A stretch of DNA of 64,000 nt, taken from the IMG/VR virus record IMGVR_UViG_3300005056_000002, positions 1-64,000 of that record. One strand, written 5' to 3'. Shown here piece by piece: positions 1-6,902 of the stretch. Positions within the stretch are counted from its first letter, which is position 1. Each line of letters opens with the position of its first letter. Under the pieces are notes generated by a model. That model saw only the letters and a list, made by a program, of their open reading frames with translations, searched no databases and was not told where the DNA came from. Made by a program: the position numbers and the translations under genes. This DNA comes from a virus.

Positions 1-371
1 TAAATAGGGAACTCTACAAGAGTAGTACCCTTACAAAAAGCCTCAATAACTTCATTAGAGATAGTAGCTAGTGTTCTAATACTAGGGTCTGTAGTAAATA
101 CTATCTTAGGAGAGTTATCACTATTAGCTTGTGTTGCTGCATCTTCACTAGATAGATACCATGCCTTCTCTCTATGAAGACAGTAGTCCCCTTTACGTAA
201 GATTGATGCAGTTGTTGTAGCATGTAAATGTCTACAATGCCCCAATGCAGTTACTAAATCATTAGTATCTTCTTTACCTGTTAATAGGTAGTGCCTACTT
301 ACTTCATGTACCCATACTAATAATGCTTCATCAGTAGGTGTTGTTAGTAATTCAAGTTCTTGCTTCTCCAT
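1..371 (-). CDS. hypothetical protein, partial (C-terminus lies beyond window start)
   Basis: Hand translation: the minus frame is stop-free from ATG 371..369 down to position 1 (MEKQELELLTTPTDEALLVWVHEVSRHYLLTGKEDTNDLVTALGHCRHLH...). Absent from the ORF track because there is no stop in the window. Start overlaps the end of 352..564 by 20 nt. Confidence 0.45.
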   Translation of the reverse strand, partial: MEKQELELLTTPTDEALLVWVHEVSRHYLLTGKEDTNDLVTALGHCRHLHATTTASILRKGDYCLHREKAWYLSSEDAATQANSDNSPKIVFTTDPSIRTLATISNEVIEAFCKGTTLVEFPI

Positions 372-564
372 TCTTAGTGTGTTTTTTGATAAGTTCTATA
401 TCAGATAGTCTATGTATTGCTGCCCATCTTAATGGTAAGCTAAATAAATACATTATTACCCTAGCAGGTATACCTAGTATAAGTGCTATTGTTAGCCAGT
501 AACCTACAAAGTAACAGAAACCATACTCTACACTTGCTTGCGCTAGCTTAATAAGTTGTTCCAT
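352..564 (-). CDS. small membrane protein (about 2 TM helices)
   Basis: 70-aa ATG ORF with hydrophobic run YGFCYFVGYWLTIALILGIPARVIMYLFSL. ATG lies 1 nt after the stop of 566..934. Confidence 0.5.
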   Translation of the reverse strand: MEQLIKLAQASVEYGFCYFVGYWLTIALILGIPARVIMYLFSLPLRWAAIHRLSDIELIKKHTKNGEART

Positions 565-565
565 G

Positions 566-934
566 TTATTTAAGTGTTACTCTTGTTAATTCACCTTTAA
601 GATACCTAAGTATATGGTGAAGGTGTTTGATGTTCTTTACATTGTATTCTTTATACTCTACAATATATACTTCTAATGCAGTGTATTCAGCTGTAATTCT
701 TCTACATGCATAGTTATGAAAACCATAGAACCCTTTAGAGTATAACTCTGCTGCTCTATTAGATTGACAATCCCCAGTCATTAGACCATAGATACAAGCT
801 GATGAATCTGTAGGTCGTAACTTCTCAATCTTTAACCTATTTATCTCTGTCTTAGTAGCGTGTGTTCTAAGATACTTAAGTTCTTTACGTACTTCTAGTA
901 AGAACTGCTTACGTGTTATCTTTTGCTTTTTCAT
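566..934 (-). CDS. hypothetical protein (122 aa, basic, Cys-containing)
   Basis: ATG ORF in the leftward small-gene block. AACTAAAC leader (GTTTAGTT at 936..943 on +) sits directly upstream of the ATG. Confidence 0.55.
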   Translation of the reverse strand: MKKQKITRKQFLLEVRKELKYLRTHATKTEINRLKIEKLRPTDSSACIYGLMTGDCQSNRAAELYSKGFYGFHNYACRRITAEYTALEVYIVEYKEYNVKNIKHLHHILRYLKGELTRVTLK

Positions 935-1211
935 GGTTTAGTTCTATTATGTGATTACTAAGCCAATTTATACGTGGCTTCTTTTGTAGGTTGTTAAACC
1001 AATGTCCTCCCTCTTGTATCACTTTTGGTTGGTGCTTGTTGAGGTATGCTTTCAACTGTTCTGCTTGTTGTTTAGTAAGTTGATAGTCTATGCCCATAGC
1101 TTTAATAGATATGTACATACCACAGAATATATCTTCTGCTATAATGAAAGTTCTTAGTTTCCTAAGTAGTTGAACGTTTGTTCTTCTTAAATGTTTTGGT
1201 GAGTGTTGCAT
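909..1211 (-). CDS. hypothetical protein (100 aa)
   Basis: ATG ORF with AACTAAAC leader (1221..1228) 9 nt upstream of the ATG. 26-nt overlap with 566..934. Confidence 0.5.
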   Translation of the reverse strand: MQHSPKHLRRTNVQLLRKLRTFIIAEDIFCGMYISIKAMGIDYQLTKQQAEQLKAYLNKHQPKVIQEGGHWFNNLQKKPRINWLSNHIIELNHEKAKDNT

Positions 1212-1294
1212 AAGTAATTAGTTTAGTTTAATAATAACACCCACCTCACAGCGGTACTCGACCTCTGTGTTTCCAGCGTGAGTGTTACATAATG

Positions 1295-1873
1295 TTACTG
1301 TCTTGCTTTAAGTATTCTCTTTACATTACCTTCCTCTGCAAATATTACATAAGGTGCTTTATCCCATATGTGGTGTACACCAGTGAAATTAGCTCTACAT
1401 AGTTCATCTATATCCTTAAGACGCTGACTAGAGTGTAAATCATATCTAGTAAGTATAAGTATCTTATCTATGTCTGACCTAGGTATCATTGGTTCAAGCG
1501 TCAAAGGTAAATGCTCAATAGCTTTATATATCTCCGATGGAGAAGCTATAGGTGCTTTACTACCTACTATACATTCTGATACCTCTGTATAATAGATATC
1601 AAATGAAGTTGGGTGTACACTTATAAACATCCTGTCTTTACTATCAGGTGTGTATACTAACCATTCATCAATCTCTACTGTAAGTAAATCAATATAACTA
1701 TCTAATGTAGGTAGTTGTACTAAAGGCGCACCATCGTGGTCTACACCACCATAGATATTGTTCTGCTTCTCTTGTAACATAAGTATTACTCTATCCTTAT
1801 GCTTGTTTGTGAATTGAATAGCTTGTACTATCTTTCCATTTATGTCTGTATATTGTTTCATGATAATTTCCAT
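1295..1873 (-). CDS. hypothetical protein (188-192 aa)
   Basis: Longest ORF of the left block. A second ATG at 1861..1859 forms an ATGA overlap with the stop of 1858..2043, so 1861 may be the true start. Confidence 0.6.
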   Translation of the reverse strand: MEIIMKQYTDINGKIVQAIQFTNKHKDRVILMLQEKQNNIYGGVDHDGAPLVQLPTLDSYIDLLTVEIDEWLVYTPDSKDRMFISVHPTSFDIYYTEVSECIVGSKAPIASPSEIYKAIEHLPLTLEPMIPRSDIDKILILTRYDLHSSQRLKDIDELCRANFTGVHHIWDKAPYVIFAEEGNVKRILKARQ

Positions 1874-2043
1874 GTTTTATATACTGCGTACAGTATGATT
1901 AATACTCCTATTAGGAAGTGTATCGTTAGGGCTAGTATGTTTGGGTCGTATTCTGTTGGTGATACACCTAATGTCCACCCTAATGATGATATACATACTA
2001 CGACACCTATTGCTAGTATTTGTTCGGGTCTTAGATTCTTCAT
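1858..2043 (-). CDS. small 2-TM membrane protein, paralog A
   Basis: 61 aa. MKNLRPEQILAIGVVV... aligns with MKKKLRPEQILVIGLLV... of the next ORF, indicating a tandem duplicate. Confidence 0.5.
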   Translation of the reverse strand: MKNLRPEQILAIGVVVCISSLGWTLGVSPTEYDPNILALTIHFLIGVLIILYAVYKTWKLS

Positions 2044-2231
2044 ACCTTAGATGATCTATATGTTGCGTACAACATGATTAGTACTCCTATTATAAAGTGT
2101 ACTACTAATAGTATTACACACTTCATAAGCCCCATCCACTTAAGGTGCATAGCTATTATCCATGTCATTGATGATAAGCTTACTAGTAATCCTATTACTA
2201 GTATTTGTTCTGGTCTTAGTTTCTTCTTCAT
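2040..2231 (-). CDS. small 2-TM membrane protein, paralog B
   Basis: The track ORF extends to 2270, but the paralog alignment favours ATG 2231..2229 (63 aa). The stop forms an ATGA overlap with the start of 1858..2043. Confidence 0.5.
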   Translation of the reverse strand: MKKKLRPEQILVIGLLVSLSSMTWIIAMHLKWMGLMKCVILLVVHFIIGVLIMLYATYRSSKV

Positions 2232-2233
2232 GG

Positions 2234-2401
2234 TTATAAGTATATAAATGATAAGATTGTTGTTGCCCATATTAAACAGATGGAGACTAATACAAAAGCC
2301 TCTATTATCTCTTTATGTATTAGTTGTTCTAATGTTCTTATTACAGCAGATAATGATGCTCCTAGTAATGCTAATTGTATTATTATGTGTAGTGGGTTCA
2401 T
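2234..2401 (-). CDS. small hypothetical protein (55 aa)
   Basis: Hand-found, below the track cutoff: MNPLHIIIQLALLGASLSAVIRTLEQLIHKEIIEAFVLVSICLIWATTILSFIYL. ATGA overlap with the stop of 2398..2778. Confidence 0.3.
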   Translation of the reverse strand: MNPLHIIIQLALLGASLSAVIRTLEQLIHKEIIEAFVLVSICLIWATTILSFIYL

Positions 2402-2778
2402 GAGTTGTTAGTTTTAAATGTTCTATATTCTTCTTCTGTACCTTTAAATGTAATATGCTGTACAAGTACATAATACTCAATAGCATCTACTGCTAAGTTA
2501 TTAGTGTAGACATATCTTAGTCCACCATCCTCAACATACTTTAAGTATCTTAATAAACCATCTACCTCTATGTGTTGTAGGGCTATTAGTTGTATGTTTG
2601 GTGTGTTGTGTAACTTGTAGTGTCTAAGTGCAGCTTCTAGCTCTTGTCTTCTACCTGTTAGTTCAATACTCTTTACTTGGTGATTTAATCTTTCTCTAGA
2701 TATTGTATCAGCCTTCTTATCAGATGATATAATCTCTTCCTTTAGTTCTTTAATTCTTTTGTTTAGGTAGTCTTCCAT
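2398..2778 (-). CDS. hypothetical coiled-coil protein (126 aa)
   Basis: ATG ORF. The N-terminal half is heptad-like and charged (KRIKELKEEIISSDKKADTISRERLNHQVKSIELTGRRQELEAALRHYK). Confidence 0.55.
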   Translation of the reverse strand: MEDYLNKRIKELKEEIISSDKKADTISRERLNHQVKSIELTGRRQELEAALRHYKLHNTPNIQLIALQHIEVDGLLRYLKYVEDGGLRYVYTNNLAVDAIEYYVLVQHITFKGTEEEYRTFKTNNS

Positions 2779-2781
2779 GAG

Positions 2782-2970
2782 TTATGATATTATACGTTTA
2801 TATAGTTCATTCAGCACAACAGGTGCTAAATCATTTAATGGACTATTACCAAACTCTTGTTTGAACTCTTCTTGGTTATCATCCTTCCATTCTAATAGAG
2901 TATGGTATCTAGTTGTTAGTATACCATGACTCATGCCTATCATAGGACTTGGGTTATTCTTTGTTGACAT
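2782..2970 (-). CDS. hypothetical protein (62 aa)
   Basis: ATG ORF preceded by the CTAACAACTAAAC leader (2979..2991 on +). Confidence 0.5.
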   Translation of the reverse strand: MSTKNNPSPMIGMSHGILTTRYHTLLEWKDDNQEEFKQEFGNSPLNDLAPVVLNELYKRIIS

Positions 2971-2978
2971 ATGAGTGT

Positions 2979-2991
2979 GTTTAGTTGTTAG
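2979..2991 (-). repeat. conserved small-gene leader (CTAACAACTAAAC on minus strand)
   Basis: GTTTAGTTGTTAG on +, a 13/14 match to the copies at 3110 and 3231. Lies 8 nt upstream of the ATG of 2782..2970. Confidence 0.6.
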
Positions 2992-3100
2992 ACTTATTAG
3001 TGAAGAGTGTATTAATTATGAAGTATAGTATTGTTGACCCTACTCCTATTATTAGTATGTACTTTAGTATGAATAGTATTATTGTTAGTATTGTTTGCAT
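2981..3100 (-). CDS. tiny 1-TM protein (39 aa)
   Basis: Hand-found: MQTILTIILFILKYILIIGVGSTILYFIINTLFTNKSNN. ATG is preceded by the repeated leader. Its C-terminus (..NN stop) is encoded by the leader repeat of the next gene. Confidence 0.3.
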   Translation of the reverse strand: MQTILTIILFILKYILIIGVGSTILYFIINTLFTNKSNN

Positions 3101-3109
3101 AAGTTGTTT

Positions 3110-3123
3110 GTTTAGTTGTTTAG
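3110..3123 (-). repeat. conserved small-gene leader (CTAAACAACTAAAC)
   Basis: GTTTAGTTGTTTAG on +, upstream of ATG 3100. Also encodes the C-terminus and stop of 3112..3225. Confidence 0.6.
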
Positions 3124-3225
3124 TTTATTCTCTCTTCTGACTATTGATAGTATTGCTACTACCATTACTCCTATTAATACTAACGCTGCTAGTGTTAGTA
3201 CTATTATTGCTATTATTGGAATCAT
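3112..3225 (-). CDS. tiny 1-TM protein (37 aa)
   Basis: Hand-found: MIPIIAIIVLTLAALVLIGVMVVAILSIVRRENKLNN. Same leader and same ..NN stop ending as 2981..3100, suggesting a tandem module. Confidence 0.3.
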   Translation of the reverse strand: MIPIIAIIVLTLAALVLIGVMVVAILSIVRRENKLNN

Positions 3226-3230
3226 AAGGT

Positions 3231-3244
3231 GTTTAGTTGTTTAG
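3231..3244 (-). repeat. conserved small-gene leader (CTAAACAACTAAAC)
   Basis: GTTTAGTTGTTTAG on +, upstream of ATG 3225. A further partial copy TTAGTTGTTTA follows. Confidence 0.6.
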
Positions 3245-3275
3245 ATTAGTTGTTTATCACTAGATATTTCATCGG

Positions 3276-3302
3276 ACTCCCAATACTCTCTATTACAGGG
3301 AG
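3276..3302 (+). repeat. ACTCC-N-ACAGGG motif copy (non-coding)
   Basis: ACTCCCAATACTCTCTATTACAGGGAG, spacer 14. The ends can pair (ACTCCC/GGGAGT). Confidence 0.8.
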
Positions 3303-3347
3303 TTACGAAATGACCCTAAAAGCTTAGGATATACTGGACACCACATC

Positions 3348-3386
3348 GTAGTGGTCGTTTTGACTACGTGTAGTGGTCGTTATGAC
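3348..3386. repeat. tandem 17-nt direct repeat GTAGTGGTCGTTwTGAC x2 (period 22) with embedded hairpins
   Basis: Copies at 3348..3364 and 3370..3386. ACCAC-atcgta-GTGGT and GTGGTC-gttat-GACCAC inverted repeats overlap them. Confidence 0.7.
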
Positions 3387-3603
3387 CACTTGGATTCGCT
3401 GTAGCCCTTGCTATCATTGAGTTTGTATATATTCCTTTTAATACTATAATAGTGACCAAAATGAGTGCCATAAAAATATGACTCTGTGATAGGGTGAATA
3501 GGTGAATACATAATGATATAAAAAACCTACTGCCCCAAATAATAGATCGAAAATAACAAATAAGGACAGTAGGACAAATCAAAATGAAAAAACCTATGAT
3601 ATA

Positions 3604-3626
3604 CCCTGTACCAAACAAAGTGGAGT
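3604..3626 (-). repeat. ACTCC-N-ACAGGG motif copy (non-coding, minus strand)
   Basis: Reverse complement reads ACTCCACTTTGTTTGGTACAGGG, spacer 12. Only three G. Confidence 0.6.
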
Positions 3627-3737
3627 ACAAGGTGACATAAATGACGATAAACCACTAACAACCACCATGATATACCTGAAAATATGACAAAACAAGTAAT
3701 AATGGTGTGATGCTAGTGGAAGCTGTGATAGTGTAAG

Positions 3738-3766
3738 ACAAATGTGGACAAATGTACCACAAATGT
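3738..3766. repeat. ACAAATGT x3 at 10-11-nt (helical) spacing
   Basis: Copies at 3738..3745, 3748..3755 and 3759..3766. Iteron-like phasing in gene-free DNA. Confidence 0.6.
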
Positions 3767-3900
3767 AATGTGTAATGTATGATAGTGTGTGACACAAATA
3801 ACTGTACTAGCTGTGTGTGAAATGTGATGTGAGATAGTATATGGAACTAAGGCTGTAGTAGCTCTAAGTAAAGTAATATACTATAGATGTAAAAAATAGG

Positions 3901-3953
3901 CTAGGTAAGGTAAGTATGGAAGGTACTAGCAGCTGTAACTAGGTAAGGTAAGT
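3901..3953. repeat. 15-nt direct repeat CTAGGTAAGGTAAGT x2
   Basis: Exact copies at 3901..3915 and 3939..3953. Confidence 0.7.
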
Positions 3954-4263
3954 CGTAAACTGCGACATCTACGACCTTCCGAACCCTCTAACTAACTAAC
4001 TACTAAGCATACTCCTACGCTAAGTGTACCTAAAGTGTCTAAAGTACTATAATATCATAAACTCTATGGTATCTATGTCCTGTAGAGTGTGCCTTGGTGG
4101 CGTGTGAATGAATTTTTGTCATAAAAATAGCTCCAAAGACGAATCTAAGGAGCTAAAGGTATTGGGGACATGTAATATGTGGTCAGGGGCACAGTGTGTG
4201 CATACGTAGGAGTGGACATAGTGTGTGTTGCACCATGTCTTCACCCTCCCCCAAAGGTATATC

Positions 4264-4428
4264 CTACGTAATGTGGTGAAATGCTCTAACAGCTATGAAT
4301 ATACATATAACGCCAGCTAATACCACTAAAGGTATCTGTGTTGCTATAAGAATTAAACCTAGCATAAGTATTAGAACTATTTGCGCAACTAGTAATGAAA
4401 CTAGAAGGACTTGATGTATTGTCTTCAT
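4264..4428 (-). CDS. small 2-TM membrane protein (54 aa)
   Basis: Track ORF 4264..4452 begins with TTG. The first ATG (4428..4426) gives MKTIHQVLLVSLLVAQIVLILMLGLILIATQIPLVVLAGVICIFIAVRAFHHIT. Confidence 0.45.
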   Translation of the reverse strand: MKTIHQVLLVSLLVAQIVLILMLGLILIATQIPLVVLAGVICIFIAVRAFHHIT

Positions 4429-4461
4429 AATATTCTCTGTTATTGGATGCAAAGATAGTCA

Positions 4462-4641
4462 TTAGTTGACTATCAGTTGGGTTATAACTGTGAATATTAC
4501 GGTAATTGTTGCAAGCTTGGGATTCCTTGTAATTGAATCTATGCTGCTAACATGGGCTATAGAGTATTGTGGTAATGATGCTTGAATAGCATGTCCTATG
4601 TTCTTTCCTCTTTGTACTGTAATTGTATGTGATGTCTTCAT
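4462..4641 (-). CDS. small hypothetical protein (59 aa)
   Basis: Hand-found, one residue below the track cutoff: MKTSHTITVQRGKNIGHAIQASLPQYSIAHVSSIDSITRNPKLATITVIFTVITQLIVN. AACTAAC-type leader upstream. Confidence 0.3.
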   Translation of the reverse strand: MKTSHTITVQRGKNIGHAIQASLPQYSIAHVSSIDSITRNPKLATITVIFTVITQLIVN

Positions 4642-4690
4642 GTATGAGTATATTAGTAATGTTAGTTAAATCTCTGTTGTTACCAGAGGT

Positions 4691-4718
4691 AAAACCCACA
4701 CACCTTGCGATGTGTGGG
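4691..4718 (-). terminator. intrinsic terminator after 4726..5307
   Basis: Stem CCCACACA (4695..4702) / TGTGTGGG (4711..4718) with an 8-nt loop, followed on the minus strand by TTTT (4691..4694). Confidence 0.7.
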
Positions 4719-4725
4719 GATATTG

Positions 4726-5307
4726 TTAGTTTTGTGCAGCGTACTCTGCTTCCGCAGCAGCTTGAGTAGCATCATTTACTTCATATGTACCACCTGATGA
4801 ATTAATAGTTGTAGTTGGTTCAGCAACTACAGGTGCATAGATATCAGCGATACCAGCAGTAGCATCAGCAATAGCAAGTGCGTTCATTTGCAATGCTTGG
4901 TACTGCATGTTCTGCTCTAGTTCTAAGAACCCATCAACAACTCTTGCTTGGTCACGTTCTAATGTACGTTCGTCACCAACACTAGCAGTACCAAAGTCAG
5001 GATGTCCTACCTTCATACATAAACTGTCTTCTGTTACTTCCCACTTGTCACCCTTCTTAGAGTATTCGATGTTACCTTCTACGATACCACCTTTCAAGCC
5101 TTTGAACGCCATACGTACAGCAGGATGCTCAATGTTTTGTACGTTGTTACCAATTAAATACGAGTTCTTCAAGTCTTGAAGCATCTCTTTGGGTTTACGT
5201 ACAATTGCGGTCTTACCACATGTAGTCTTAATAACAGTTAAATTAATAACCTCACCTGCTGCGTTCTTATTGATTAACGCTACTGATTGTATTCTAGTCT
5301 TTACCAT
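4726..5307 (-). CDS. hypothetical protein (193 aa), likely strongly expressed monocistronic unit
   Basis: Clean ATG ORF followed within 8 nt by a hairpin plus T-run terminator (4691..4718). Ala/Glu-rich acidic C-terminus. No family recognised. Confidence 0.7.
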   Translation of the reverse strand: MVKTRIQSVALINKNAAGEVINLTVIKTTCGKTAIVRKPKEMLQDLKNSYLIGNNVQNIEHPAVRMAFKGLKGGIVEGNIEYSKKGDKWEVTEDSLCMKVGHPDFGTASVGDERTLERDQARVVDGFLELEQNMQYQALQMNALAIADATAGIADIYAPVVAEPTTTINSSGGTYEVNDATQAAAEAEYAAQN

Positions 5308-5367
5308 TGTTTTGGGATTAAAGAGTTATGATTGGCAATATGCCGTGTATTATAAAGAACCTCATGC

Positions 5368-5386
5368 AGTACGTGTCCAACGTACT
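5368..5386 (-). promoter_or_regulatory. 7-bp hairpin AGTACGT-gtcca-ACGTACT in leader of 4726..5307
   Basis: Perfect inverted repeat 61 nt upstream of ATG 5307 and 22 nt after the stop of the 5408..5509 ORF. No T-run, so its function is unclear. Confidence 0.3.
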
Positions 5387-5407
5387 ACACAAGGAATGAA
5401 ACGAAGC

Positions 5408-5509
5408 TTACGACCTCGATATGATTGATTGTATTATAAGGGTTATTATCCCTATCACTAGTGTTACTAGTCCTAGACCAATAAGCACTATACCTATTGA
5501 TACTAACAT
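5408..5509 (-). CDS. tiny 1-TM protein (33 aa)
   Basis: Hand-found: MLVSIGIVLIGLGLVTLVIGIITLIIQSIISRS. Its ATG overlaps the stop of 5503..5682 (ATGTTAG). Confidence 0.25.
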   Translation of the reverse strand: MLVSIGIVLIGLGLVTLVIGIITLIIQSIISRS

Positions 5510-5682
5510 GTAGTCACATTAGGTGTTGGAACAAGCTGCTCTATTGTGAATCCTATAAGGAACAAAGAAGCAATTGTCATGGCACTAAACCACAAGTTGT
5601 GTAAAGTCGCTAAAAAGAATAACGACAACACAGTCATAGTGAAGCCCAAGAGTAGCATCGCTACTAGTATAGAGGTTTTCAT
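5503..5682 (-). CDS. small 2-TM membrane protein (59 aa)
   Basis: Hand-found: MKTSILVAMLLLGFTMTVLSLFFLATLHNLWFSAMTIASLFLIGFTIEQLVPTPNVTTC. First gene left of the divergent region, with AACTAAAC leader at 5695..5702. Confidence 0.35.
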   Translation of the reverse strand: MKTSILVAMLLLGFTMTVLSLFFLATLHNLWFSAMTIASLFLIGFTIEQLVPTPNVTTC

Positions 5683-5706
5683 GATATTTATTGAGTTTAG
5701 TTAGCG

Positions 5707-5718
5707 GCAAACTAGTTG
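5707..5718. promoter_or_regulatory. operator-like repeat GCAAACTAGTTG (core palindrome AACTAGTT), copy 1
   Basis: Exact 12-mer repeated at 5861..5872 within the divergent intergenic region. Confidence 0.45.
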
Positions 5719-5860
5719 AAACCTAGTACAAAGAGGTACGGGTGGTTCGATTGCCAAGACTTAGCTATGGGTTCTATTGAAGGTGGTTCAGTCTCTCAGA
5801 AATTCACACAAAAAAATATATAAATTTTTTTACTTACACCTTACCTAGACAGCACAGTAC

Positions 5861-5872
5861 GCAAACTAGTTG
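5861..5872. promoter_or_regulatory. operator-like repeat GCAAACTAGTTG, copy 2
   Basis: Exact repeat of 5707..5718, 154 nt away. Followed by several GTGTC half-sites (5872, 5886, 5920, 5948). Confidence 0.45.
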
Positions 5873-6004
5873 TGTCCTTAGTTCGGTGTCCTAGTACAGC
5901 GTAGTCTTTCAAATCCTTGGTGTCAAATACTATCTTATGTCTTTCAGGTGTCTCAGAGCCTTCCCCCAATCAATCCTCGCCCCAAATCCAATAAATCCCC
6001 TCAG

Positions 6005-6030
6005 ACTCCACTATCTTCTCTTACAGGGGG
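6005..6030 (+). repeat. ACTCC-N-ACAGGG motif copy (intergenic, 134 nt upstream of 6164 gene)
   Basis: ACTCCACTATCTTCTCTTACAGGGGG, spacer 13. Confidence 0.85.
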
Positions 6031-6163
6031 AATATTAAGGAACACGCACGCACGAATACAAATAAAATACGACATACACAAATAAATCTTTCAAACCGCT
6101 TGGCACTACCACACTAAAACCGTATCTTTACCATTCATAACAGTTTAACTAAAACCAACTAAT

Positions 6164-6655
6164 ATGGAGAACACTATTACAGATGTTAAAGACCTTAGAG
6201 TAAGGTTAGACGTAATACTAAATGCTTTACAGCAACTACCTAAGAACAGAAACGCATCATTAGCCTTTACCTCTACGGAGAAGAGTAGAATGTACATGGG
6301 TAAGTTATTAGGTGTATTAGGTACTGAATACCCTTATGAAGCAACCAAGACAGCTACTAAGGCTTCTGAGATTGACGAACCTACTGATAAAGGTGAGAAA
6401 GTAATCATATTATCAGGAGAAGAGATTAAAGACTTGGTAGGGTTAAGAAAGATGCTTAACACAGAGTTAACTAATTTCTTGGAAGTTGCTTTTGGAGCAG
6501 GCGAGACTAATGGTATTACATTAGCTAAGGACGCTAGTGCATTAACTAAGTTCAAGATGAACTCTATTGTATCTGAGGTATATAGAGGTCTATGTGAAGG
6601 TAGTATGTATTTAGGTTTACAACTAGGGGAGATTAAGGCTAAGGATGGAGAGTAA
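6164..6655 (+). CDS. hypothetical protein (163 aa)
   Basis: First ORF of the rightward gene train. ATG is preceded by AACTAAAACCAACTAAT. No motif recognised. Confidence 0.6.
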   Translation: MENTITDVKDLRVRLDVILNALQQLPKNRNASLAFTSTEKSRMYMGKLLGVLGTEYPYEATKTATKASEIDEPTDKGEKVIILSGEEIKDLVGLRKMLNTELTNFLEVAFGAGETNGITLAKDASALTKFKMNSIVSEVYRGLCEGSMYLGLQLGEIKAKDGE

Positions 6656-6902
6656 TATCTTTATTAAAGCTAAAGGAGAACAAGGTACTTTATATATTAA
6701 AGTACCTGACTCTCTTATCGAGAGCTTATGTGATGTCCTTCATGAGGGTAATCATGTAGTAGGAGCTAGTAATCCTTTACAATGGGATTACAACATAGAG
6801 TTGGGTGACAGTTATGAGATAATGACTATAGAAGAGGTGAGGACGTTCGCAGAACAGAGTCATGTTAATAATGTAAATATATTAAAAAGAGAAACAGTAT
6901 GA
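6645..6902 (+). CDS. hypothetical protein (85 aa)
   Basis: Co-directional ORF with 11-nt overlap to the upstream gene. Confidence 0.55.
   Translation: MESNIFIKAKGEQGTLYIKVPDSLIESLCDVLHEGNHVVGASNPLQWDYNIELGDSYEIMTIEEVRTFAEQSHVNNVNILKRETV

Noticed and set aside
3364-3797. Track ORFs 3364..3630 (88 aa) and 3594..3797 (67 aa) on the minus strand
   Set aside because: Both begin with TTG rather than ATG (checked in the DNA). They have Cys/Phe/Ile-rich low-complexity translations, overlap each other, lack the conserved leader of the neighbouring small genes, and lie across the short-repeat clusters. I treat the region as non-coding.
4907-5428. Plus-strand ORFs 4907..5179 and 5189..5428
   Set aside because: They are antisense to the well-supported gene 4726..5307 and its leader, are Ser/Pro/Thr-rich shadow frames, and no other + strand gene exists left of 6164.
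5735-5800. tRNA-like T-loop strings GGTGGTTCGATTGCC and GGTGGTTCAGTC
   Set aside because: The flanking bases do not form a T-stem, acceptor stem or anticodon arm, so there is no cloverleaf. I found no tRNA anywhere in the window.
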